Source: Coleofasciculus chthonoplastes F2-STO-03
GTDB taxonomy: Bacteria; Cyanobacteriota; Cyanobacteriia; Cyanobacteriales; Coleofasciculaceae
Assembly: GCA_040222015.1 (NCBI GenBank)
Contig: JAVJWO010000005.1
Coordinates: 16,823 to 80,822 of the forward strand
Direction: 5' to 3'
Length of the DNA: 64,000 bases
Part shown: positions 1-10,163 of the stretch, in pieces
Layout of the letters: the number at the start of each line of letters is the position of its first letter
Numbering within the stretch: the stretch's first letter is position 1
The notes under the pieces: model-generated
The model's input: only the letters and a program-made list of their open reading frames with translations
What the model was told of the DNA's origin: nothing
Database searches by the model: none
Program-made: the position numbers and the translations under genes

Positions 1-1374
1 ACCGGAAAAAATACCTGTTTGCGTTGGTTCTTAGGATATGAGCAGGTTCCGGAACTGGATTACCGCCAGATTCAACGTCTTTTAACGCCAACGACGGCGG
101 CGATTTATTGGCATTTGAGTCCGAGTGCGTTAACGACATTTGTGATAGTACCGGATGACTTGCAGGTTGTTTTAACGCAGAGGAACGCAGAGGAAAACGC
201 AGAGGAACGCAGAGGGTTTATAGAGTTAAATGACCAGCGTTCTGAATCGTTACAGCACGTTCTGGCTTGGGAAAAATGGTTAACCGAATGGAATCAACGT
301 TATCAGGCGTATGGGAGTTCAAAGGAGAAAGCCAACGGAACCGAGAAAAAACAACATCCTTGGCGTCTTCAAATGGTGGAGAGTTTCCAGAAACTCCGGG
401 CGATTCTGAATATCTCTGGTATTATCGAACACCTGCAAAATCAGCCGATTGAAAATCTTATCCTGATTCCCCACCGCGACTTGCACCGCTTCCCCCTGCA
501 CTATTTTTTCCCGAATTATACCTGTACGTATCTCCCCAGTGCTTATTCTAAATTGCGGTTGATTCTGGAGGATGAGGAAAATAGGGACGATGGCGGAAAC
601 TTGCCGATTAATGACACTCTGGATAATTGTCCCCCACTCCATTCTTTATTACTGGTAGAAAATCCCAAAAGTAGACCATTCATTCAGGGAAAAGCCACAC
701 CCTTATCCGATTTACCCTTCGCTGAAGTTGAAGCAGCATTAATTCGTCAGCTATTTTCCCAGGTTACGCTAATCGCCAACCCAAACGCGACTCGTGAATC
801 CCTCTGCCAATCTCTACAAACTCCTCATCATGTCTTCCACTTTACCGGACATGGAGCCTATAATTCCGGCAATCCGGCTCAATCTTGTCTATTCCTCGAC
901 GATACTGACCAACTAACATTAACTGATATTATCCATCTGAATTTGAGAGACTACTATCTGGCTTGTCTTTGTGCTTGTGAAACCGCGATGACTGGCGACG
1001 AAACCATTACTGATGAATATGTGGGATTAGTCAGCGCCTTTCTGAAAGCTGGGGTAACTTATGTGATCAGTCCCCTGTGGACAGTAGAATCAGCGGCTAG
1101 CGCTTTATTAATTGTCAAATTTTACCAGCATCTTGAGGCGGGACAATCGCCGCCAATGGCATTAAAATCGGCTCAAGGCTGGCTAAAAACAGCGACTCGT
1201 AAGCAATTAGTTGAGTGGTTAGATAGGGTAATTCCTCAACTTACCAAACACAAATCCCTTCAGCTTATTTTGCAAGACCAGCGCGATTTATTGGATAGAA
1301 TGGAAAATAATGATCCACCTTATTGTCATCCGTATTACTGGGCGGCGTTTACGATATCTGGTATTAAAGATTAG
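1..1374 (+). CDS. CHAT-domain (caspase-like) protease, C-terminal part; the gene probably begins upstream of the window
   Basis: HFTGHG and LCACET His/Cys dyad motifs, LIPHRDLHRFPLH, C-terminal HPYYWAAF; frame is open to the window start. Confidence 0.9.
   Translation, partial: TGKNTCLRWFLGYEQVPELDYRQIQRLLTPTTAAIYWHLSPSALTTFVIVPDDLQVVLTQRNAEENAEERRGFIELNDQRSESLQHVLAWEKWLTEWNQRYQAYGSSKEKANGTEKKQHPWRLQMVESFQKLRAILNISGIIEHLQNQPIENLILIPHRDLHRFPLHYFFPNYTCTYLPSAYSKLRLILEDEENRDDGGNLPINDTLDNCPPLHSLLLVENPKSRPFIQGKATPLSDLPFAEVEAALIRQLFSQVTLIANPNATRESLCQSLQTPHHVFHFTGHGAYNSGNPAQSCLFLDDTDQLTLTDIIHLNLRDYYLACLCACETAMTGDETITDEYVGLVSAFLKAGVTYVISPLWTVESAASALLIVKFYQHLEAGQSPPMALKSAQGWLKTATRKQLVEWLDRVIPQLTKHKSLQLILQDQRDLLDRMENNDPPYCHPYYWAAFTISGIKD
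174..215. repeat. AACGCAGAGG x4 tandem repeat, in frame inside the CHAT gene
   Basis: Read directly; a related array lies in inverted orientation in the intergenic region 30752-30793. Confidence 0.85.
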
Positions 1375-1538
1375 GTTCGTCGTTCATCGTCGTTTGTAGT
1401 AAGGGCTTTAGCCTTTTATAAGGCTGTTAGACACCTAAACCTACTGCAATAATATCGTTATAAGAGATCCCCCCTAGCCCCCCTTAAAAAGGGAGGAACT
1501 AGAATAAAGTAGTATTATATGCTCCGACTCAAGAGTCT

Positions 1539-1979
1539 ATGATGAAAGACGCCGATGTTCTGATTCTCAAAGCCTTTCTTGCTGCCCTCTGCCAACAGCG
1601 ATCGCCCCTCTCTGATACAATTAAAGAAAAACTGGCATATATTGCCCAATCCCTGGAAACCCGGATTGGAGAATTGCACGATTTGGCAATTAGCATTCCT
1701 GCCTTGAAGATACCTTATGAATCTGCCCGTCTCTTGTTAACCGATACAGCAGCAAAAGAGAAGATAGGGTTAAAATTTCTTCCGGCTGATAACGCTGACG
1801 ACGATAATAATCGAGAAACTCCTAATATCACCAGAGATATCCAGGACTTTATTGCCCAGATGGAATGTACTATAGCAACAATTGAATCTAAATTGGATCG
1901 AACCCAACTTGAGCAAACTGCTCAAATTCTTTCTGATCCTAACCCGGTCAATTCGGCTAAGAACAAGTATAGAATATGA
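1539..1979 (+). CDS. Small helical hypothetical protein downstream of the CHAT protease
   Basis: 146-aa ORF; its TGA overlaps the next ATG (ATGA at 1976-1979). Confidence 0.7.
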   Translation: MMKDADVLILKAFLAALCQQRSPLSDTIKEKLAYIAQSLETRIGELHDLAISIPALKIPYESARLLLTDTAAKEKIGLKFLPADNADDDNNRETPNITRDIQDFIAQMECTIATIESKLDRTQLEQTAQILSDPNPVNSAKNKYRI

Positions 1980-2956
1980 TTAATCAAAAATCAATTTTAT
2001 TTCCTATAGGATTTTACAGCCTGACGCAGTACATTGAGTAGGGCGCACCTCAGTCAGCACAGGGCGCACGTCAGTGCGCCCCTACAGCCCCGACAAAGTT
2101 TCAAGGCGCTACTTGCTTTGAACTCGGACAAATCGATATTATTCCCGATGGCTTAAACCGTAATCACTATATTTTGATCTGCTTGTTTCCCTATGATAAA
2201 ACCGACGCAGAACTGAAAGATATTATTGGCAGACTCTACCTCGATTTAATTCCTCTGTTTCACTACCGCAATAAAATACTGTGGAGTTATGAACAAAGCC
2301 GTCAACTGAAAAGAACATTGAAGGATTTCTCGCGGGTTATCCAAAAACTGGTTGATTCCCTACCCAAACGCCTTCATGCTTCTCCCCTAAATCTGGATGA
2401 ATTACAACAAGACTTAGCCCATGCTTTGTCGATATCCCATTACTACGAAACCAGTTTAGGTTATCTGCAAGAACAAGCCTCGAATCTAGAAATAAACACT
2501 CAAAACTACATCAAGCGAGTAGACGCGATCGCGCAACTCGACCCCAACGGCGACCTCACCTTCCTAGAACGATTTGGCGAGTTTGCCACAGAGAAGTATC
2601 TCAGCCACGTACAAACCGACTACCAAGCCCTCAGCGCCGGATTAAAACCCCTAGAAAATTTTATCAAAACTATTGTGGGAATTATCGAAATTGAGAAAAC
2701 CAAGAATGAACGCACCCTGAATCAAACCGTCGCGATCGCGAGTGTGGGAATTAGTACTGCATCGCTGGCTGCGTCTGCCCTGACTGAACAAGCAGAAGGG
2801 ATTGTCAAGAGTATTTTACCAGTCCCTACTAATCAACCGACACCCGCACTAAACCATTGGGTAAATTTCAGTTTAACCTTTGGCTTGAGCGTATTGATTG
2901 GCATCGTCAGTGCTGTAATTACTTGGAGAATTTTAGATATCGGAAGGACAAGATAA
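1976..2956 (+). pseudogene. Disrupted gene: short N-terminus MINQKSILFP, then a REP insertion/deletion, then a helical domain with two C-terminal TM segments (ORF 2174-2956)
   Basis: Coupled ATG at 1976 reaches TAG at about 2039-2041; GTAGGGCGCAC...GTGCGCCCCTAC palindrome at 2038-2085; the 2174 ORF frame stays open upstream (KFQGATCFELGQ) with no ATG. Confidence 0.6.
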
Positions 2957-3043
2957 TTTCCTTGTTTGTTGAAACCTGAAGTTCTCCTCGTATAACAACA
3001 GCAGAGGGAGCTAACCTCACTTTTCACGGTATCTGGCGCCTCT

Positions 3044-3106
3044 GTAGGGGCGGGTTTAACTACTATCTTTTCGGTTGCACCCATAAGTGGCTAAACCCGC
3101 CCCGAC
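3044..3106. repeat. GTAGGGGCGGGTTT...AAACCCGCCCC REP-like inverted repeat
   Basis: Same family at 15408-15494, ~27018-27032, ~30875-30940, 32264-32277 and ~40358-40419. Confidence 0.85.
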
Positions 3107-3123
3107 TCCCCCCATCTCTCAGA

Positions 3124-5688
3124 CTAAGAAGCCCAGAGGACTAAGCCCGGTTCATAGAGACTAGAAAGGTGTTTGTGTTTGGGAAATACCCGCAGAGACA
3201 AACCCTGTAAACCGCTGGCACTGTAACTGATATCAGCCGTATAAATACTGATATTGTGTTCGTCAGTTCCCTGGTAATCCATCACGACTGATACACCATT
3301 AACAATTTGCCCATTGGCATTGACTGAACCTTGGTAGAGTTCGATTTGTACATCATCAGCAGTTAGTCCCGCTAAGTTGATACGGCTTTTCACCGCAACC
3401 GTTTGATTGACCATCAGATCCTTGGCAGCCGCAATGTCAATGTCTTCAACTTTAATGTTGTACCACTGTTCAAATAAGTGTTGCTTCCACTGAGCAAGTG
3501 CTTTGACCGGTTGATAACCTTCGCTCGTCATTGCCTTGTAGCGTTCGCTGGCTGGGAAATAACCCAGCATCGCATAATCTCGCAGCATACGAGCAGTATT
3601 AAAGGTAGGACAATTAAGCCGGATTGCATCTTTCATCTTGGCAATCCAGCCACGCGGTAATCCTTCATTATCGCGATTGTAGAATAGGGGGACAATTTCC
3701 TTTTCCATTAGCTCATAAAGGGCATTGGCTTCTATCTCGTCTTCGTACTCAGGATTATCGTATTCTTCCCCATGACCGATGGGCCACCCGGTTCGCACGT
3801 AATCGGCTTCGTCCCACCATCCATCAAGGATACTGACATTCATCAGACCATTCATAGACCCCTTCATTCCAGAGGTTCCGGATGCTTCACGGGGGCGACG
3901 GGGAGTATTTAACCAGATATCACACCCCGATACCATCAATCGGGCGATGTGAATGTCATAGTTGGGAACAAAAACGACAGAATTCTCCAATCCGGCTTCC
4001 CGAATTGTATGGATAATGTCGCGGATTAAATCTTTTCCAGGCATGTCTTTGGGGTGAGCTTTACCGGAAATGACAAACTGAACTTTTCGTTCTTTATTGC
4101 CTTGGATAATTTTCTTGATCCGATCCAGATCCCGCATGAATAAGTTTGCCCGCTTATATGTGGCAAACCGACGGGCAAAACCGATGGTCAAAATGCTGGG
4201 ATCTAGAACCTCATGCGCCCGATCAATTTCAGCAGAGGTAGCGCCGCGATCGCGTAAATGGTATTGTAAGCGTTCCCGTACAGACATAACCATTTGAGAA
4301 CGACAAGCTTGGTGATTGCGCCACAACTCCTCATCCGGAATCGAAGCCACCCGATCCCACAGGGGATCTTCTGCTTTGCGGCTTGACCAGTTCGGACCCA
4401 AATAGCGGTCATACAGTTCCTGGTTGGCTTTTGCCACCACACTACGAGCATGAACTCCATTGGTAATCGATGTAATGGGAACTTCATCGAGAGGCAGATC
4501 AGACCACAATCCATGGAACATCTTCCGCGACACGTCCCCATGCAATCGGCTGACGCCATTAATAAAACTAGAGGTTTTAATGGCTAAGGCTGCCATGCTG
4601 AAAGGAGATGCCAAATTCCCCGTATCTTCGCGTCCCAACCCCAGAAATTCTTCCCGGGACAAGCCAAAGATATTCGCATAATGACCCACATAGTACATTG
4701 CCTTATCGGGAGGAAATAGGTCAAATCCCGCTGAGACAGGCGTATGGGTGGTGAATAGTTGGGTAGACTGAGCCAATTGTTTGGCTTCGGCAAAGCTTAA
4801 CCCTTCTTCCTCCATATATCGACGGATGCGTTCCAGAATTAAAAACGCGGAGTGACCTTCGTTGAGGTGATAAACGTTGACCTTGTATCCCAAGGCTTTT
4901 AAGGCTCTAATTCCACCAATCCCTAACATCATCTCTTGGTGAATCCGCATATCCAGATCACCCCCATAAAGTCTATCGGTGATATCTTGGTCGTAGGGAT
5001 TATTTGGTTCAATGTTGGTATCAAGCAGATACAAGGGAACCGTTCCCACTTGCACACGCCAGACGCGAGCATAAACAGTACGACCTGGATATTCGACGGC
5101 AACCCGCACTTCTGAACCATCAGCATTCCGCTCTAAGTGCAGCGGCATATTGTAAAAGTCATTAATCGGATAGCGCTCTTGTTGCCAACCATCTGCATTC
5201 AGGTATTGGGCGCAGTATCCTTCTTGATAAAGTAAACCGACTGCCACTAAAGGCAAACCAAGGTCAGAGGCAGATTTGAGATGATCGCCAGCCAGAACTC
5301 CCAAGCCACCGGAATATATGGGCAGGCAATCGACTAACCCATATTCGGCACAGAAGTAGGCATAGCATTCCTTTTCATCGCTGTTGCCATGATGTTTACG
5401 ATACCATGTCCGTTCCTTGAGGTAGTCGTCTAACTGTCGAGATGCCCGTTCCATTTGTGCCAGAAACCCATCATCTTCAGCCACTTCTTCCAGACGGGCT
5501 TGGCTAATCATCCCCAACGTCAAAACGGGATTATGGCGAGTGGATTCCCAGAGTTTACGGTCTAGGCGTCGGAACAAGTCTTTTGTTTCCACATTCCAGT
5601 CCCAATGCAGGTTATATGCCAGTTTGCGTAAGGGTTCCAGGGCTTCTGGCAAAGCGGGAGAAACGTTAAAAGTGCGAATAGGCTGCAT
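3124..5688 (-). CDS. glgP: Alpha-glucan (glycogen) phosphorylase
   Basis: YSGGLGVLAGDHLKSASDL, GFARRFATYKRA and EASGTSGMK (PLP lysine) motifs; ATG at 5688 preferred over TTG at 5706. Confidence 0.95.
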   Translation of the reverse strand: MQPIRTFNVSPALPEALEPLRKLAYNLHWDWNVETKDLFRRLDRKLWESTRHNPVLTLGMISQARLEEVAEDDGFLAQMERASRQLDDYLKERTWYRKHHGNSDEKECYAYFCAEYGLVDCLPIYSGGLGVLAGDHLKSASDLGLPLVAVGLLYQEGYCAQYLNADGWQQERYPINDFYNMPLHLERNADGSEVRVAVEYPGRTVYARVWRVQVGTVPLYLLDTNIEPNNPYDQDITDRLYGGDLDMRIHQEMMLGIGGIRALKALGYKVNVYHLNEGHSAFLILERIRRYMEEEGLSFAEAKQLAQSTQLFTTHTPVSAGFDLFPPDKAMYYVGHYANIFGLSREEFLGLGREDTGNLASPFSMAALAIKTSSFINGVSRLHGDVSRKMFHGLWSDLPLDEVPITSITNGVHARSVVAKANQELYDRYLGPNWSSRKAEDPLWDRVASIPDEELWRNHQACRSQMVMSVRERLQYHLRDRGATSAEIDRAHEVLDPSILTIGFARRFATYKRANLFMRDLDRIKKIIQGNKERKVQFVISGKAHPKDMPGKDLIRDIIHTIREAGLENSVVFVPNYDIHIARLMVSGCDIWLNTPRRPREASGTSGMKGSMNGLMNVSILDGWWDEADYVRTGWPIGHGEEYDNPEYEDEIEANALYELMEKEIVPLFYNRDNEGLPRGWIAKMKDAIRLNCPTFNTARMLRDYAMLGYFPASERYKAMTSEGYQPVKALAQWKQHLFEQWYNIKVEDIDIAAAKDLMVNQTVAVKSRINLAGLTADDVQIELYQGSVNANGQIVNGVSVVMDYQGTDEHNISIYTADISYSASGLQGLSLRVFPKHKHLSSLYEPGLVLWAS

Positions 5689-5797
5689 AAAGCGACAAAA
5701 TTCCAAGTCTTACACGGATAACATTGTGTACATACTTTTACACAAAGGATGAGACTTTTAATACTGTTTTTGTAACAGACTTGGGTTTATCGATGTT

Positions 5798-5923
5798 AGT
5801 TTAACGCTAAAGTGCCATCGGCAACGGGTTGAGACGCATCCATTGCTTCAAGGTCTATTTACGCTCAAAAGCCTATAGAGACGTGCCTTGGCGCGTCTTG
5901 GAACTCGCCGTTGAGGAAAAAAG
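5798..5923 (+). repeat. 126-bp direct repeat, copy 1 (left boundary of the biosynthetic island)
   Basis: Identical to 11855-11980 except for one base (5890 G vs 11947 T). Confidence 0.95.
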
Positions 5924-6016
5924 CGAGGAACTCCCCCACCCGAAGGTGTGCATCAGGATCAAAGTTCATTTATTATATTAAAATCGATAAACTTTGAAGA
6001 AAGGTAAATCAGAACA

Positions 6017-6520
6017 ATGTATGAAGTCTATGGACCAGCACCCTGGATCAAGACTGATCGTTACGGGATAACCAAGACGCTTCCACCTGAGACATCTGTA
6101 ATTTGGTACAAAGCCTTGCTGCTGTGTGCCAACGGCGATGGAGAACTGACACAAGCAGAGCGGGATTGGGTAATCGGTCACGCCACAACTTATCATCCTG
6201 AGATGAATGAAAGTCAAATTGATGAACTAATGAACTATAACGGCACCGGTTCGACTGATGACATTGAAAAACTTGTGTTCAGTGATCCACTCGCCAAAAA
6301 GGGACGTTATGTCCTCGTTTATGAAGCGATCCAAGCTTCGGCGGCTGATGGCGAATACAGCGAGGGCGAAAAAGCCACCATTCGTAAGATGGCTGGTAGG
6401 CTGGGAATTTCTGAAGCCAAGGTGACAGAACTAGAGAACCTCTATGCAGAGGAGACGGCATTGAGGGAGAAGCGTATCAAAATCTGGCATCCTGAGGGTA
6501 TACCTGGTGAGGATATGTAG
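6017..6520 (+). CDS. TerB-like (tellurite-resistance B fold) protein
   Basis: Twin motifs ANGDGELTQAE and AADGEYSEGE..IRKMAGRLG are typical of the TerB fold. Confidence 0.75.
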   Translation: MYEVYGPAPWIKTDRYGITKTLPPETSVIWYKALLLCANGDGELTQAERDWVIGHATTYHPEMNESQIDELMNYNGTGSTDDIEKLVFSDPLAKKGRYVLVYEAIQASAADGEYSEGEKATIRKMAGRLGISEAKVTELENLYAEETALREKRIKIWHPEGIPGEDM

Positions 6521-6524
6521 CACT

Positions 6525-7532
6525 CTATCTACGAAGGGCAACGACTGCATCAATTGACGGCAGTCGCTGAGTTTCAAGCAGCTCAAAGCCTGCCCGAGTG
6601 AGTAGGGATGCAAACTCAGCCAGGGTACGCTCTCCTGGTCCCCCACTCCCCCCCGGAGCGCCATGAACCAGTAGCATCTGTAGATTCTTAATCCCGATAT
6701 AAGGGTTGTTAGTGAGGTGATCCTCAATCAACTCAAAAATATAAAGCTTGTTCCCAGAGCCCATAGAGTTGCTCACATGGTTGAGAATGTTATGGGCTTG
6801 CTCGTCTGAATAGGAGTGTAAAATGCGCTTGATCATGGCATCACCCGGAATATTGGGCAGTACCCTATGGATGTCAACGCCGACAGTCTTTAGTCGTGGA
6901 ATCGGTTCGATCCGGTTGACGACATCTGGAAAATCGAAAAGCTGCCCCTGCACATCTTGATACTGACGCAGTACTCCAGCAATGAGCATCCCATTCCCAC
7001 CGGCAATTTCGGTAAGATGCTCTGATGCCGAAAAGTCGAAGCCCTGTAAAATATCCCGCACTTCGATCCGTGACATGGATTCCATGCCTTTGTCAAAAGC
7101 TGCTGCGAGTTCTTGGTGTTCTCTTAAATAATCATAAAAAAGGCGATCGCGTCCAAGTTGGTAAATACTTTTGCCAGTACGCAGCAACTGCTCCCAGAGA
7201 TCTCGCCTTTGCTGGTGTTGGGCGGATTGAGCCAATTGACAGAATTCCTGCCATGATCTGAGGGAAAATTCCGATTCTAGGGTCAAGTGTCGCGAGACAT
7301 CCGTCAGTGAAACGGTGAAATCTGACTCCATCACAAATAAGCCAAAATGGGCAAGTCCACGCAAGCAGCGATAGAGTGCCCGCTGATGTGTTCCTGTCCG
7401 CTTTACTAACTCGGATAAGGGCAAAGGATCTGCAGCAAGATAGTCAAACACCCCAAGCCCAATACAGGCTTCCGTGAAATGTGAGACGATCCGATAGTCC
7501 AATATGCAAAACATCTGTTGATAGGGAATCAT
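6525..7532 (-). CDS. SAM-dependent O-methyltransferase (COMT/Methyltransf_2 type with N-terminal dimerisation winged helix)
   Basis: LGVFDYLA N-terminus, EIAGGNG SAM motif, KRILHSYSD, GERTLAEF..LL..AGF. Confidence 0.88.
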   Translation of the reverse strand: MIPYQQMFCILDYRIVSHFTEACIGLGVFDYLAADPLPLSELVKRTGTHQRALYRCLRGLAHFGLFVMESDFTVSLTDVSRHLTLESEFSLRSWQEFCQLAQSAQHQQRRDLWEQLLRTGKSIYQLGRDRLFYDYLREHQELAAAFDKGMESMSRIEVRDILQGFDFSASEHLTEIAGGNGMLIAGVLRQYQDVQGQLFDFPDVVNRIEPIPRLKTVGVDIHRVLPNIPGDAMIKRILHSYSDEQAHNILNHVSNSMGSGNKLYIFELIEDHLTNNPYIGIKNLQMLLVHGAPGGSGGPGERTLAEFASLLTRAGFELLETQRLPSIDAVVALRR

Positions 7533-7611
7533 ACGCTATAGTACCCTCTTTATAATCCTTCGGTACATTTTTATCTCCTGCTCCGGAGTTCCCTGCTCCC
7601 CCGCTAGTCAC

Positions 7612-8304
7612 TTATTTAGGTAATTGAGACAGACACAGATTTTGTACAGCCAAGAAATGCCCGATCGCATCTTCATAGGATGTGGCAAAGGACTCGTTGA
7701 GCAACCTGCGTGTGTTCTGTAAGACTTCAGGATTGATTGGCATCAATGCCTGCTGAGATTCTTGAATTGCCTTTTCCAATGTCGTTGTTTCGCATTGGCG
7801 ATCGAGAATCCCCAATACAGTTGCTTCTGAAGCAGACAACTGTACACCGGTAAAGAGCAAGCGACGCGCAGCACCTATTCCTGTATATTTTGCCAGTCGG
7901 AATATACTCATTCCAGGCAGGTAACCTTCTTTGACTTCCGGCGCGTGGAATATTGAGCGGTTTGTTGCCACACGATAATCGCAGGCAAGAGCCAATTGAA
8001 AATGAAAACGGGTACAAAATCCATCAATACAGGCAATAGAAGCTCCTGCAAAACTTTCCACGCGCCGTAGGAATTTTTCCCACTTGCTGCAATGGTCAAT
8101 ATTGGGAGGAGCTAGTTTAGTGGTTTGTTGCTGGGTACTTAGCCCCTGAAATACGATCAGCGTACAAGGGCTTTCATCTTCCAAATAATCCATCAACTCG
8201 ATTAAATCCGACAGCAACATCTGATTCAGACTGCTCGAATCCGACCATTGTAAATGCACATTGGCGATGGTATCCTCTTCGGTCAAGTTTATATATTGCT
8301 TCAT
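7612..8304 (-). CDS. dpgB: Enoyl-CoA hydratase/isomerase, DpgB-like
   Basis: KWEKFLRRVE, LACDYRVAT, LPGMSIFRLA and C-terminal RRLL..SFATSYEDAIGHFLA resemble actinomycete DpgB; starts 2 nt after the dpgA stop. Confidence 0.75.
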   Translation of the reverse strand: MKQYINLTEEDTIANVHLQWSDSSSLNQMLLSDLIELMDYLEDESPCTLIVFQGLSTQQQTTKLAPPNIDHCSKWEKFLRRVESFAGASIACIDGFCTRFHFQLALACDYRVATNRSIFHAPEVKEGYLPGMSIFRLAKYTGIGAARRLLFTGVQLSASEATVLGILDRQCETTTLEKAIQESQQALMPINPEVLQNTRRLLNESFATSYEDAIGHFLAVQNLCLSQLPK

Positions 8305-8306
8305 TC

Positions 8307-9380
8307 TCAAAATTCCCCTAAGCAGCATTCAATGGTGGAGCCTGGTCCCATCGTTATCATGACAACAGAATCTCCACTTCGGGCTACACCCTCCTCCAAT
8401 AGTTTTTCATGGGAGAACAGAAAAGACGCAGAAGATAAGTTACCATAATTTCGTAAAATATCCGTCGTATGGCGCACATCATGTTCGGTAATATTTAAGG
8501 AATATTTAATCGAATCAATAACTTTGCGTCCACCGGAATGAATAATCCAGTGCTGAATATTGCGGCGTTTGCGGTCAAAACGCTGTAATAAATTATCCAC
8601 AGGTGTCCTAACCTGCCAACCTAGCAGGTACGGAATTTGTTTATCCAGGTATAGAGAATATTTGCCCTCCTGAAAATCAAGTCGGATGGCGTCAATGGCG
8701 TCTGGGATAATGTGGGAACTGAAGCCAAGAATCTTGGGACCGATGGGTACTACAGGAAAGGGTTTTGCACAAATCACAGCGGCGGCGGCGCCATCCCCGA
8801 ACAGGGAATTAACCACTGCAGTATTGATAGTCTCATCAATAACGTACATGGCAGAGCACACTTCCACACAAAGTAACAGACCGATTGCCTCCGGGTGGAT
8901 GGCACAAAAATTAACCACTGGTTGTAAGCCGTTTAATCCCCCGTTACACCCCATGCCCACAATATCAATACGGTGAATATCTGAACGCATATCCAAGGCT
9001 TTGATATAGAGTGCCGTGAGGCTCGGACACAGTAGACCGGTGGTGGATACTACTGCGATGTAGTCAATATCTTGAGGGATAAGTGCAACCTTTTTCAACA
9101 CCTTTTTTATGGCGGACAATCCAATATCCAGAGCGATGCGCTGGTGTTTGTCCAGTAACTCCCCAGGACTTTCGTTGGGTATACTGCCATCCGGCTCAGG
9201 CTTGGGCAGGCAAAGATGTCGGGATTTAATATGGGAATTACTGAAGATTTTGTTGATTTTTTTATCTGTTATCCCAAAAAACTCAAGCACTTCCGATTGC
9301 GTATATTTTGGCGATGGTGTTTCTGTCGCGATCGCAATTAGCCTTGGACAAATTGAAGCGGTTGGCATAATTTGCTCCAT
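8307..9380 (-). CDS. dpgA: Type III PKS, 3,5-dihydroxyphenylacetyl-CoA synthase (DpgA-like)
   Basis: DIVGMGCNGGLN (catalytic Cys), TAVVNSLFGDG, HWIIHSGGRKVIDS (His), HDVRHTT..LRNYGNLSS (Asn), TMGPGSTIE; closely matches the DpgA sequence pattern. Confidence 0.88.
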   Translation of the reverse strand: MEQIMPTASICPRLIAIATETPSPKYTQSEVLEFFGITDKKINKIFSNSHIKSRHLCLPKPEPDGSIPNESPGELLDKHQRIALDIGLSAIKKVLKKVALIPQDIDYIAVVSTTGLLCPSLTALYIKALDMRSDIHRIDIVGMGCNGGLNGLQPVVNFCAIHPEAIGLLLCVEVCSAMYVIDETINTAVVNSLFGDGAAAAVICAKPFPVVPIGPKILGFSSHIIPDAIDAIRLDFQEGKYSLYLDKQIPYLLGWQVRTPVDNLLQRFDRKRRNIQHWIIHSGGRKVIDSIKYSLNITEHDVRHTTDILRNYGNLSSASFLFSHEKLLEEGVARSGDSVVMITMGPGSTIECCLGEF

Positions 9381-10112
9381 TTACTCTGCTTGGGTTTGGC
9401 TCTGATAGAGTAGCGCTTGGGAAACCGCTTCTATACTGGCATCTCCCAGGCTAGTATTAACCGATTGCAGAGCCATTTTTGCCAGACGGATAGCCAGGGG
9501 ATTGCGTCGCGCGGCAGCTTCGGCAAGGTGAATCGCATCTTCGAGAACATGATCGCTGATTTGAGACACCAGTCCCCATTCCAAAGCTGTTGCGCTATCC
9601 ACTTTCTGTCCGAAGAGAATCATTGCCTTTGCTCTAGCTTCGTTAACAATTTTTGTCAGGCGACGAATCCCTCCGGCTGCGGGAATCAACCCCAAATCGA
9701 TTTCAGGGAGTGAAAACCAACTTGAGGCACTACAGATACGGAAATCACAAGCGAGAGCCAGTTCCAAACCACCTGCAATTGCCGGTCCTTGAATCGCAGC
9801 CACCGTGGGCCATGGCGTATTCGCCCAGTTATCAAAAAGCTGTCGGCTCAGTAAATTCAACCCATCATTATAAGATTTATTCGCCAAACTAGATATATCC
9901 GCACCACTGCAAAATACTTTCTCCCCTGCACCCGTGACTACCCCCGCACGAATTGACGGATTAGTCACAGCTGCTGCCAAATGTTCTGCGAACTGGTGGA
10001 GCATGGCATTATGGTAAGCATTAGATTTCTCTGGGCGATCGAGGATAAAGAGTGCAATGTTGTTTGATTCCCCAACCTGCTTCATTTGTACAGTACCCGA
10101 AAGTTTTGCCAT
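9381..10112 (-). CDS. Enoyl-CoA hydratase/isomerase (DpgD-like by position)
   Basis: LDRPEKSNA, FCSGADI, AIAGGLELALACD, LPEIDLGLIPAAGG crotonase motifs; stop abuts the dpgA start. Confidence 0.85.
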   Translation of the reverse strand: MAKLSGTVQMKQVGESNNIALFILDRPEKSNAYHNAMLHQFAEHLAAAVTNPSIRAGVVTGAGEKVFCSGADISSLANKSYNDGLNLLSRQLFDNWANTPWPTVAAIQGPAIAGGLELALACDFRICSASSWFSLPEIDLGLIPAAGGIRRLTKIVNEARAKAMILFGQKVDSATALEWGLVSQISDHVLEDAIHLAEAAARRNPLAIRLAKMALQSVNTSLGDASIEAVSQALLYQSQTQAE

Positions 10113-10163
10113 TTTCTTGAGTATTTTTTTGGCTTGTCTAATCCGAACCTAAAATCTTTAAAT

